From: Antedon mediterranea
Lineage: Eukaryota > Animalia > Echinodermata
Direction of reading: 5' to 3'
DNA: 64,000 bases
NCBI RefSeq assembly: GCF_964355755.1
Contig: NC_092672.1
Location: 1,984,001 to 2,048,000, forward strand
The notes under the pieces: model-generated
What the model saw: the letters and a program-made list of their open reading frames with translations, nothing else
The model's database searches: none
What the model was told of the DNA's origin: nothing
Shown: positions 55,601 to 64,000 of the stretch, one piece after another
Layout: each line of letters starts with the position of its first letter
Position numbering within the stretch: position 1 is the first letter of the stretch
Translations under genes and position numbers: made by a program

Positions 55601-56596
55601 TTCAATCGACATAGAACAACGACCGACACGATTCCCGAACTCATGCCATCCAACAATCCCGGCTTCCAGAGTCACTGGATTACAGACGCACGCCACAACG
55701 CCCAGCCGACAGAAACCAATTAATTAAGCACCTCGTTATTTACATACTATGACGTCATCATCATACGATAGGTTTTTCTATAACAAATTAAATAAGGAAC
55801 TACAATACAATATAGGCCTAGTATAATTTAGTAAAATTTAAGGCTACATAAACACTAAGGCCCGTATTAGTACATAGCCTGGTGAGTGAAAGAAAGCTCC
55901 TTCACCATCGTAATTCTTAAAGGAACTTTTTTATTTTTTATTTTAATCAATTTCTGATTTCATCCCCCAGTTACAACAATAATACCACACCCTCAATCAA
56001 GACACACCTTTTCTGTTCGTAGTCATTGTAATTGTCAACACGCCCTCTTGTTCGCATAATGTAACACATCTTTTCCAGGAGAATCCGATTATCTCGTTCA
56101 ATAATTGCTGTTCGTTCCTCTTCCATTTGCAGCTTTTTTAGTTTCAAATGTAGATGCATGTATATGTGTGGGGGTCGATTGTCAATTACTGCTTGCGCTA
56201 TCAAAACAATGTTATTGTTATTCTTTTTACAAATTGATTAAAGATCGATACAATTTAGAAAGTCAGTGGCTAAGAATATCTAGCCCTACCAGTAGTACTA
56301 GGTGGCCTACAACAGGTTACTTAAGCTCTGTTATGTCAAACAAGTTTGACGAAAAAACTGTGTTGTGCCCAAATATGGTAGTGATATGATGCCATAGTGT
56401 CCATATATGGGGCGCATCACATTTTTTTTTCAACATAAAGTTTGAGACAGAGTATGTAGACAGAGCTTTAAACATAAACAATACATTAATTACCATTCTG
56501 AACTTTTTGCCGATGCCTGTCGAACCGACTTTGGTCCCATCTTTGCTTGAGTAATTTGTTATTTGCCGGTGTGATGGGCTGATACGCTCGATGCAT
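40625..56596 (-). CDS. CFAP97D2: CFAP97 domain-containing (Hemingway/KIAA1430 family, CFAP97D1/D2-like) sperm axonemal protein, 5 exons
   Basis: Exons 56596-56494, 56197-56008, 42320-42197, 41264-41133 and 40669-40625 (last exon less certain) join in frame to MHRAYQPITPANNKLLKQRWDQ...AQAVIDNRPPHIYMHLHLKLKKLQMEEERTAIIERDNRILLEKM...SLNKTKRQRELLRVTHENQAILKRI. The D1 versus D2 assignment is uncertain. Confidence 0.88.
40695..40950. repeat. Degenerate short-period tandem repeat (AAGTTTTCTAAAGTCTCCC)
   Basis: Repeated aagttttctaaagt motif in CFAP97D intron 4. Confidence 0.75.
42667..42754 (-). pseudogene. 3' fragment of 7SL RNA (array edge)
   Basis: Only the last ~88 nt of the RNA, fused directly to mid-spacer sequence; no Alu 5' part or promoter. 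Confidence 0.85.
42917..42938 (-). terminator. Pol III oligo-T terminator of 7SL copy 1 (an equivalent follows every copy)
   Basis: A-runs on + (T4 to T10+ on -) directly follow the RNA 3' end ACAATTC. Confidence 0.85.
42939..43234 (-). ncRNA. RN7SL: SRP RNA (7SL) copy 1, 296 nt
   Basis: The reverse complement reads GCTGGGCGTTGTGGCGTGCGTCTGTAATCCAG...GATATGGTTGGCCAAGTGGAGGCATGGACAACCAGGTTGACTAAGGAGGAACGTACTGGCCCAGGGTGGCAACACAGCAAGCAAAA...ACAATTC then T-run. It is collinear with metazoan 7SL: Alu 5' domain with UGU, helix 6 GGAG loop, helix 8 GNRA loop, and CAGG/AGCA SRP54 loop. Confidence 0.95.
43688..43986 (-). ncRNA. RN7SL: SRP RNA (7SL) copy 2, 299 nt (+AAC variant)
   Basis: Same motifs as copy 1, with a 3-nt insertion. 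Confidence 0.93.
44418..44713 (-). ncRNA. RN7SL: SRP RNA (7SL) copy 3, 296 nt
   Basis: Same motifs as copy 1; upstream CRE altered to TAACGTCA. Confidence 0.93.
45154..45452 (-). ncRNA. RN7SL: SRP RNA (7SL) copy 4, 299 nt (+AAC)
   Basis: Same motifs as copy 1. Confidence 0.93.
45881..46176 (-). ncRNA. RN7SL: SRP RNA (7SL) copy 5, 296 nt
   Basis: Same motifs as copy 1; several helix-5 substitutions shared with copy 9. Confidence 0.9.
46612..46869 (-). pseudogene. SRP RNA (7SL) copy 6 with 38-bp internal deletion
   Basis: Reads cgggctac|tccacgtg. 38 bp were lost between CTAC microhomologies, removing much of the 3' strand of helix 5. Confidence 0.85.
47304..47599 (-). ncRNA. RN7SL: SRP RNA (7SL) copy 7, 296 nt (helix 8 stem mismatch)
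   Basis: GUG changed to GAG next to the GCAA loop (tgcctccctg at 47401). Confidence 0.88.
48050..48348 (-). ncRNA. RN7SL: SRP RNA (7SL) copy 8, 299 nt (+AAC)
   Basis: Same motifs as copy 1, with a few substitutions. Confidence 0.9.
48785..49080 (-). ncRNA. RN7SL: SRP RNA (7SL) copy 9, 296 nt
   Basis: Same motifs as copy 1; carries variants of both copy 5 and copy 6. Confidence 0.88.
49531..49829 (-). ncRNA. RN7SL: SRP RNA (7SL) copy 10, 299 nt (+AAC)
   Basis: Same motifs as copy 1. Confidence 0.93.
50262..50557 (-). ncRNA. RN7SL: SRP RNA (7SL) copy 11, 296 nt
   Basis: Same motifs as copy 1; CRE altered to TGATGTCA. Confidence 0.9.
51000..51298 (-). ncRNA. RN7SL: SRP RNA (7SL) copy 12, 299 nt (+AAC)
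   Basis: Same motifs as copy 1. Confidence 0.92.
51730..52025 (-). ncRNA. RN7SL: SRP RNA (7SL) copy 13, 296 nt
   Basis: Same motifs as copy 1. Confidence 0.93.
52475..52773 (-). ncRNA. RN7SL: SRP RNA (7SL) copy 14, 299 nt (+AAC)
   Basis: Same motifs as copy 1. Confidence 0.93.
53210..53508 (-). ncRNA. RN7SL: SRP RNA (7SL) copy 15, 299 nt (+AAC; helix 8 CCAGG to CGAGG)
   Basis: Same motifs as copy 1, with a substitution in the SRP54-binding symmetric loop. Confidence 0.88.
53945..54240 (-). ncRNA. RN7SL: SRP RNA (7SL) copy 16, 296 nt (helix 8 CCAGG to CGAGG)
   Basis: Same motifs as copy 1; shares the helix 8 change with copy 15; CRE altered to TGATGTCA. Confidence 0.88.
54683..54978 (-). 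ncRNA. RN7SL: SRP RNA (7SL) copy 17, 296 nt
   Basis: Same motifs as copy 1, with several private substitutions. Confidence 0.88.
55411..55706 (-). ncRNA. RN7SL: SRP RNA (7SL) copy 18, 296 nt (first in transcription order, unique upstream flank)
   Basis: Same motifs as copy 1; CRE TGACGTCA at -44 to -51. Confidence 0.94.
55707..55757 (-). promoter_or_regulatory. 7SL upstream promoter (AT-rich/TATA-like segment plus ATF/CRE)
   Basis: TATGTAAATAA near -30 to -40 and TGACGTCA at 55750-55757. The same elements recur in the internal units, e.g. CRE at 43293-43300. Confidence 0.7.
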
Positions 56597-56900
56597 TGTT
56601 ATACTATTATTGAACTGATTGTTTAATAAAAATAAGAAAATAAATAGGCCTAGGTAGACAATTGATAAACAAAATAAGTAGCAAAAGCAAGTATTCATGA
56701 ATATATTGAATACACGTTGTTATTTATGTATTCGAATTTACGCGCCTTTCCAAATAAGAAGCAACGCGATTTGCACAGAATAAGAAGGCGCGACGCGCTA
56801 GAAGTATGGTACTAACGCGCGTATTTTCATTTCGAAAAATATATCTTAATCCTCCTAGAAAATAAGGATACACAGTACTATTTAAATTATAGTTTTAAAT
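56597..56900. promoter_or_regulatory. Putative bidirectional promoter (CFAP97D / CatSper4)
   Basis: Divergent ATGs are 304 bp apart, with a CGCG-rich patch at 56740-56822. Confidence 0.55.
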
Positions 56901-59900
56901 ATGGAAGAAATATCTAAAGAGTGTGATGGCAATAATATTCCGACAGATGAGTCGAAGAATATTCCAGTTGCAGAAACACAGAAAGCGGGGTCTGGGTTCA
57001 AACGTGCAACACTCGGTTTGACTGCTTTTAAAAAGGTAGGTTTAGCCTAACTAGGCCTAGGCCTAGGCCTAGGCCTAGACCTACCTAGGCCTAGGTCTAG
57101 GCTGTCTAGCTAGCCTTGTTGTAGTAGGCCTACTGGGCTAGGTTAAGCTCCTTTCTTTGTTATTGTGTAGGCCTCTAGGCCAAGCTGCTTATGTATAACG
57201 AACGGATCCATTATGTGTAGCCTATGTTCATGCATTGAGGCTCTAAAATATTAAAAACATTTATTTTTCAGATTGGAGAAAAGGTAAAAGTTGGAAATCG
57301 ATTGATGGGTAAGAAAGATAAATTGCCTGAAAATGATAGGTAAGACAAACGAGATAGGCCTACTAGCTCCTGAGCTTAAAAGCTAAGGCTAACCATCGGA
57401 CGGTAATTTCAAGGTGTAGGTTCAGTCAAATGAAAATAGGAACAAATTTGTAGTTCAGTAAATTCTAGAATTATGTATCAGCGGACTGTACAGCTCATTG
57501 CAAGAGAACATATATAATATTTCAATTTCATAAATAAGTGATATGATTACGTCACTAATGCGAATAATCCATTCTTATTTCTACCTAGTGATGAAATACA
57601 ACGCGTGTTTACGTTTGATGAATCGGCGGTAAGTGCAATCTAATGTAGTTTGTTGAAAGATATTTCGAACATTGTCCAAAATATTAAAATATTATATTGC
57701 GCATTGCACGCTATGTTTAATGAAATTGTCAGATTTAGGACGGCACTTGGACTTTGTGAAGAAAGGAAATGCATTTTGGTTGGTTGATATCACCCCTTTA
57801 AAGGCCAATTTACACAGACGATCGAGCGGTAACGGTAATAAAAAATATGTTATTTTTTATGAACATTTACACACAACTTAACACGGAGCGAACGGAAGGC
57901 TTCAACTCAGAAAAGACACAGATTCTACGTGGGACAAGCTACGTGATTTTTCGCTTAACGTTACCGCTCGTCTGTCTGTGTAAATTGACCTTTATACTCA
58001 ACACAAGGTGTTTCAATCCCATTTAATACTTAGCAGAAACTTGTATTTTCTTAATAAATCAACATTACACCTATATTGAAGCTACCAGTTGTGCGCACTA
58101 TAGAGGAAAAAGATGATGATACGGTGATGAAGAAGATTATGATAATGATGTCGGTAAAAATTACGCAATATGTTATCATCAAACTGAACGATTTACTTGA
58201 TTTTTATTATTAGGTGAAAGAGGGCGCATCGATATCCGAACTCTTTGCAAGTGACGAAGTTGAAGAAGATTTCAACGCCATCGTAGACCAGGATGATGAC
58301 CGTGTGGAAGCGTTCGTGTCGCAAGAGCTGGTGGGCCAGATGGTCGACAGCTACTTCTTCCGATCTTTTATATTCGCTGTTATTGTTGCCAATGCTGTTC
58401 TGATTGGCTTGCAGACCAATGAGGAACTCGTAAGTAGGCCTAAACATCATTTTACATTTTGAAACGTAACAAACCATTCATACTACCAATTTAGTGGAAA
58501 GTTAGCATTTATCTTCGAAATACAAAATAGCATTTTAGTGATCAGACAAAAGAAAGAGTTTGGCTAAGATAATATGAAACAGATTTAAATTCAAACTCAA
58601 TTCACAAATTAGTCTCAGTCTTAATGCTTGATTCACACCAAATCAAACCAAAGCGCACACAACTGACGGTTCAGATCCTAGAATTATACCATGTGTAAAT
58701 TAAATGACATTATATTACGGTAACATTTATATATCTTTTTACAACAGTCTAGAGACTATGCCAATCTGTTTTCTGTGTTCGATAACATTGTACTCACCAT
58801 ATTTGTGTGTGAATTAGCTTTAAAATGGTACAACGGATTCTTTATTTACTGGCGAGTCGGTTGGAATGTTCTAGACTTCTTCATTATACTGACACTTCTT
58901 CTTGGTCCAAGTAAGTGTAGACAAAGTCCCACCCTTCTCTGTCGTCATTATTGTCACACGCGCGCGTATATCGTTCCGCTTCAGTGTTTCATTCATGTTG
59001 ATCTTATTTCACTTTTTAGTAAATCTCTCAATTTTGTTTCTAATTGTTGTTGGATATTTCCACAGCATTGACGTTTCTTGGTAGCAGCAGAATCTTAAGA
59101 ATCTTACGAGTGCTAAGAGCTTTTCGAAGTCTTAGAAGGTAGGTGATACTCAGTGTTAGTGGAAAATAAATAATTACACCAAAATTGATTTAGACTTGTA
59201 GGCCTAAATGTCTACCAAACTTAAATTTGTTTCGCTTCTCCAATTCTGAGTAAGTTTTATTTTGTTGGTATTCTTTACAGTATTAGTGCATTAACGGGTC
59301 TTTCTGTAGTTGTTCAGACGATCTTTCAATCCGTTCCAGGTAGGTAAACAACTAAACGACGCGCAACGCAAGTAACGACGCGCAACGCACATAATATCAC
59401 TATCACAAAAATAGCAAACTGTCGATTGGTCGCCCTTACGTCATAAGACTTTAACTATTATTTTTCCAGATATGACCAACATTGCTCTTCTTTTGATTAT
59501 CATAATGTTAGTGTTGGGTGTTGCCGGTGTCTCACTATTCGGCAAAGATGTACCGAAACACTTCGGTGACATGACTGCAGGTAAAATTAAAACATTAACA
59601 CTGTATTAAACCGACAAATATGTCATTAATAATATACAACTAAAAAAGTAACTATAAATAAAACTATGTCTACACTATCAAACTAGTTTGACAAAAAAGT
59701 TTCATGTGCCCAAATGTGGTAGTGATATTCTTAAATATGATAGTGATATGACATCATCATGTCTATAGTTGGGCACATCGCATTTTTTTTGGCACATAAA
59801 GTTTGATAGTGTAGACAGAGATTAAGTTAAGAAATGACAACAACTTTAGGCCATGAGTGAGTTACAGAAGATATATTGATGTGCTTTAACGTGTACATTA

Positions 59901-62739
59901 TTTATTCACTTCATTATTATGTATTATTAGCAATGTTCTCATTATTTATCTGCGTTACCCAAGATGGATGGAGAGGCGTTTTTAAAGATTTTGAGGTATG
60001 TAATCAATTCCACCATTGAGACCAGGACGTTGACACGCGCGCGCCGTACCATATCAAAGGTTCGACGCGCGCGCTTCCAAATGTGGGGTCTTATTTGGAA
60101 ACGATTGGAGATCATCATATTTAAAGTATCTGTATAAAAACAGTTAATTGATGGCATTATAACTACTTACATTACAAGTTAACGTTAACAATAAACAAGA
60201 TATTTTCCTTCCATACAGTGAGAAGATTATGTAACTTTGGTAAACTTTAATTTATTATTACAGGAGAAGGGATTGTTTGTGACCGGCGCCCTTTACTTTA
60301 TCGTGTGTATCGTCGTTGGCGCATTCGTCTTTGCAAACTTAGTAGTGGCTGTGGTCGTTACAAACTTGGTATGTATTTATGTGGATTGTTAAATAGAAGT
60401 TCCCATGTGAAGTAGTCTGATAACGTTCATAATAAGAAACTAGACTCGACAAGTCTGTAGTTATTTTGAGGCTCAAGTAGTATACGTATGAAACACCATA
60501 TGTGCCAAAATATTTATCTTTATATTAAGTCAAAACTCCGTCTGGAACCCAGACTAAAGTAGAAAATACAATAACACAGAATATTCTTTTGGAATTGGTA
60601 ACTTTTAGGATAAAGCTATGAGAGAGGTTAAAGAGGAGAATAAGAAACGAGAAGACACGCTATCAACAAAACCAACTAGCAATGAAGACGGTAGGTTAAC
60701 ATTTTTGGCGGGAAACGACATTTCAGAGCATTCATTTTACAGTTTTTAGGCCTTATTTTAAAATCCAATTTAAGATCCGCCGCTGTACGATAGGCTACAT
60801 GTAAAACTACTTTGCCCGTCTACAATGAGCGTAATTACTCCATTTTGCCAAGCTTAGTTTCTTCTTATTAAGCTCTATCAATCATAGTCGTGCAATACTT
60901 TGAGATTATTAAACCCTCTATAGGTTGAATAACCTGCGTTTTCTTTTAGAATTTTTCTCTAGTGGATAATATTTTTTTTTGTAATTCAGATCATTTACAA
61001 ACTCCACAAAATGTGTCTATCAAAAGCGTCGATACTGTTTGTGAAGAGGCTAGCCTACATCTTCAAAAACCTCTTTATCTTGGCGTAAGTTTCCTTGAGT
61101 TAAAAGATGCTACCAATTAATTGCAATTTATCAATGGCATTAATTAAGGTATTTAAAATATTTATTTGCGTAAAAATAATCTTCTTTGACTTACCGAAAG
61201 AATACTAAACATCGAAGATAGGCTACATACAATAAAAACAATCGACGTCTTGGTAACTATTGCATGCCACGAATATAAAGCATGTTTTGTACTAGGCGAA
61301 TTAATTCACACTAATAGAAAGCGTTGGCTCTTAATACGCATGCGTATTCATACGTTACGAACCAATGCGTACGGTAACCAATCAGAGCTTAGGAATGCCT
61401 CTATTTGCGCGAATCATAAATGCCTATTACAGATTTCAATCTTGGTTATAATATTTTAATCTTGACTCATTCAAATTTTTGTTAAAGGATTTAAATAATC
61501 TTACACTGAAGCACCTGCAAAACTACTTCCTAATTATTGCGGCAATAGAGGATAATCTAGTCGAATACAAGAAAATCAGGAAAGAGGTTGACGACGTGAG
61601 TAAAGGGTCTTTCACACCTGTTCCGACATGGTTCCGGACCGCCGGCGCCGGCAAATCAAATCAAACGTTCAAGTTTTGTTTTCACGCGGCTACGCGCATA
61701 TCGACTGGAGCGTCGAACAATGACGTTCGATTCGTCGACGGGACCGTGCGGGAACAGATGTGAAAGACCCTGAAACAATGTGACTGGCCAGTTATTTATA
61801 CCTTATAACCCCACTTCGTTGAAATGTTATTGAATCGCGTTGTTTCTCGTCGTTTCGATTGTTACGCAGATCTTCTCGTTGGTGTGGAATGTAAACCTGG
61901 AAGCACGGCAAAACGCGGACGAACCTGGCAACGACGGTCAACCTCCACCACCAGCGACACACGCTGACCTGAATTTTGAAGACATTGGTGTAGGCTAAGT
62001 GCTTTCTTTTATGCTTTCCCGAGATTCCCCCTTTCCATTCTTTTTTTGTCTTTGTACTATGATTATTTAGGTATGATGAATGGAAATAAAGAAAAAAGAT
62101 AAATGTAATGTAGTAGGCCACCTGTAAATAATGAGGCACAACAGTTATCATTGTCTGGTGGGAGAAATTACGCCTACAACAATTGAAATATTAATGCTCA
62201 GCCAAGACCATGATGACGTGAATTGGCAATTTCTCAAAACTAAAGCTTGGTTCCCACTAGAACGTAACGCAAGGACGTAAACGCAACGCAAGCGTTTTAA
62301 CCAATGACAAGAGATGTTATAGACAGTTAGCAATCACAAGCGAATAAGCCATCGCTTGTGATTGGTCAATTCACTTGCGTTGCGTTACGTCCTTGTGTTG
62401 CGTCGCTAGTGGGAACCACGCTTTAATGCGCGCTACGCGCATGGAGGAACCTGAGGAAGTTTGTGACTATTTGTGTTTTGCTTAATATAATATTAAAAGT
62501 TAACATTGTTTTTGCAGCGTAAAGGTGACATCTTATCGAACCTGATGGAGCTTGAGAGGAGACAAGTGATCACGTCGAAGCGAGGCAGTTTCAGCGATAT
62601 GGTGAAACACGCAGCATTCGCCATGGATGTTAACAAAACGTACACAGCAGGAATACGAAGATTGTCGTTAGGTGCTAGTAGAGGACATTATAAAAGCGGC
62701 GAGAGGAAACCATCGTTATCTAAACTTCATAAACAATAG
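56901..62739 (+). CDS. CATSPER4: Cation channel sperm-associated protein 4-like, ~16 exons
   Basis: Exons 56901-57035, 57272-57339, 57589-57628, 58082-58153, 58214-58429, 58748-58910, 59066-59138, 59281-59339, 59470-59580, 59931-59995, 60264-60368, 60609-60690, 60990-61084, 61488-61596, 61870-61989 and 62518-62739 (N-terminal exons less certain). Single 6-TM domain with S4 RILRILRVLRAFRSLR, pore ICVTQDGW (CatSper4-type TQDGW), S6 FVFANLVVAVVVTNL and a C-terminal coiled coil. Confidence 0.92.
57801..57991. mobile_element. MITE (Harbinger-like)
   Basis: TIR aggccaatttacacagac / gtctgtgtaaattgacct with an inner cgagcggtaacg / cgttaccgctcg inverted repeat. Confidence 0.7.
59663..59822. mobile_element. 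MITE family A copy in a CatSper4 intron
   Basis: Both TIRs are present. Confidence 0.8.
61604..61771. mobile_element. MITE (Harbinger-like)
   Basis: TIR agggtctttcacacctgttcc / ggaacagatgtgaaagaccct, a few bases after a splice donor. Confidence 0.7.
62244..62422. mobile_element. MITE family B copy in the last CatSper4 intron
   Basis: Near-identical to the copy at 20538 and to the reverse complement of the copy at 31371. Confidence 0.85.
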
Positions 62740-63332
62740 GCCTATTACTAACTAAACCTGCGTTTACACTGAGCACGGATTTGGTCCGGTGGCATAGTCG
62801 GGACTATGTTATAGTTTTCGATGACACACGTATGTTTTGTACGGAATCCGGAATGAGTTCGTGTGGACTTAAACACTATAATACTACTTCACGGATTTCT
62901 CCAGTCTCTAGCTCCAGATCGGATTTCGAACCTAAATGGGCTTCAGACGTGGAGTATGAACACATTCAACGAGTATCTCGCCGACAACTGATACAGTATA
63001 ACGATAGGCCTAATTGATATTTTATTAATTTCAACCAAAGTGTTAAAAGAAAGGAAGGTTATATTCATTATATTTTCACTTAATCTAATTATTTAATGCT
63101 ATTAATATTTGTTTAAAATGTGTTTCTGTAGAATGATTGGATCGGTATTTAGATGGTGAACTAAATTGTCGTCTCATCGCAGAATGTGTTATCGGGGGTG
63201 TTCAAAAGTGAGGAGTAACGCTGAATGTAGCATAACTAGCGACCGTGGTAGTATAAAGCAATGTGTATTTTGTTTGTTTGATACCAGTTTAATATATATA
63301 CGGTATTGTAAATTGTAAAAATGATCTGCTTA

Positions 63333-63534
63333 AGGCCAATTCAGACAGCGTTGTGCGACGTGTCGTCTCATCGGGAGAAGATTAAACATGTTTAAAGTTC
63401 TCTCGACGACGAGCTAAAAACTCCGCCCGATGCTATCCCACGACGACTCGTCTCGTCGGGATTCAACTCAGACAGCACCGACGAGTCGAGACATTTCGTC
63501 GGGCCTCGTCGTACGACGCTGTCTGAGTTAGCCT
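63333..63534. mobile_element. MITE (Harbinger-like)
   Basis: TIR aggccaattcagacagcgttgtgcgacg / cgtcgtacgacgctgtctgagttagcct. Confidence 0.7.
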
Positions 63535-63881
63535 TTACACTACATTTTACAGCTTAGACGGTAATTGACAAATCAGGCGAGTAATAGTTACAAATAATGA
63601 ATGAAAAAACCAAAAATGATAACTCGCCTAAGGTTTTTATTAAGTTATTAGAGGGCCTACACTCCACGTTATTCCCAACGTATGAACGAACACCTTGGGC
63701 CGGCTCCGATGTTCTGATAATGTTGCATTTTGAGTAGGCCTATTTATACCGAATAAATAAATAAATAAATAAAGAAATAAAATAAATAAATGTACGACGT
63801 CGTTAGCTACGACAGCTAATGATTTACATCTAAACGCCCTTAAGATTACTAAATATTGCTTAATATTGGTAGGTCTACAAA

Positions 63882-64000
63882 TTATGTATACTCGATTAAG
63901 TATCTAAAGGCAGCCATTACACCGGCGTACGTCTCTTCACCTGTTGGAATAATCTCTTCTTCGGGTAGTACGAACCCGTATTTGCCTTTATCTGGTAACT
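63882..64000 (-). CDS. Last exon (partial) of an M14A carboxypeptidase A/B-like gene
   Basis: Reads (E)[38 protein letters not shown], matching the CPA/CPB C-terminal pattern ELRDxGxYGFLLPxxxIxPTxEET. The gene extends past the right edge. Confidence 0.85.
   Translation of the reverse strand, partial: LPDKGKYGFVLPEEEIIPTGEETYAGVMAAFRYLIEYT

Larger units (their letters stand above)
42667..55757 (-). repeat. Tandem array of 7SL/SRP RNA genes (~735 bp unit, 18 copies plus 1 fragment) inside CFAP97D intron 2
   Basis: Repeating unit of a GC-rich ~300 bp gene and an AT-rich ~430-450 bp spacer of two types (X and Y). Confidence 0.97.

Noticed and set aside
42596-55723. Dozens of repeated 60-100 aa ORFs (MLCCHPGPV..., MLDGMSSGIV..., MATQQAKVPT...) as a tandem peptide gene family
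   Set aside because: They are chance reading frames on both strands of the 7SL RNA unit, often from non-ATG starts and disrupted by homopolymer changes. The RNA structure explains the conservation.
42667-55757. Array as CRISPR, plain satellite, 5S rDNA or Alu-like SINE cluster
   Set aside because: There are no unique spacers or cas genes and the context is eukaryotic. The gene is ~300 nt with a full S domain, which Alu-type SINEs lack. It has conserved upstream promoter sequence and no poly(A) tail or TSD.

Overview
AT-rich, intron-rich animal DNA, probably a marine invertebrate deuterostome such as an echinoderm (inferred from Deu/Nin-domain SINEs, CatSper4 and gene content). Six spliced protein genes were reconstructed by hand: the 5' half of Musashi (-), an ICE2-like multi-pass ER membrane protein (-), TRMT44 (+), a CFAP97D-family sperm flagellar protein (-), CatSper4 (+) and the last exon of an M14 carboxypeptidase (-). 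The most striking feature is a ~13 kb tandem array of 18 SRP (7SL) RNA genes plus one 3' fragment. It fills intron 2 of the CFAP97D gene in the sense orientation. Each ~735 bp unit has a ~296-299 nt 7SL with Alu and S domains, an oligo-T Pol III terminator and an upstream ATF/CRE site. Two spacer types and two RNA length variants alternate in an imperfect dimer pattern, and several copies look defective. The ORF-track repeats across 42.6-55.7 kb are artefacts of this RNA gene. The window also holds many MITEs (Harbinger-like), a Kolobok-like element, a pogo/Tigger derivative, SINEs, LINE tails and a 92-bp minisatellite. All identifications were made by eye and from memory of the families; no searches were run.
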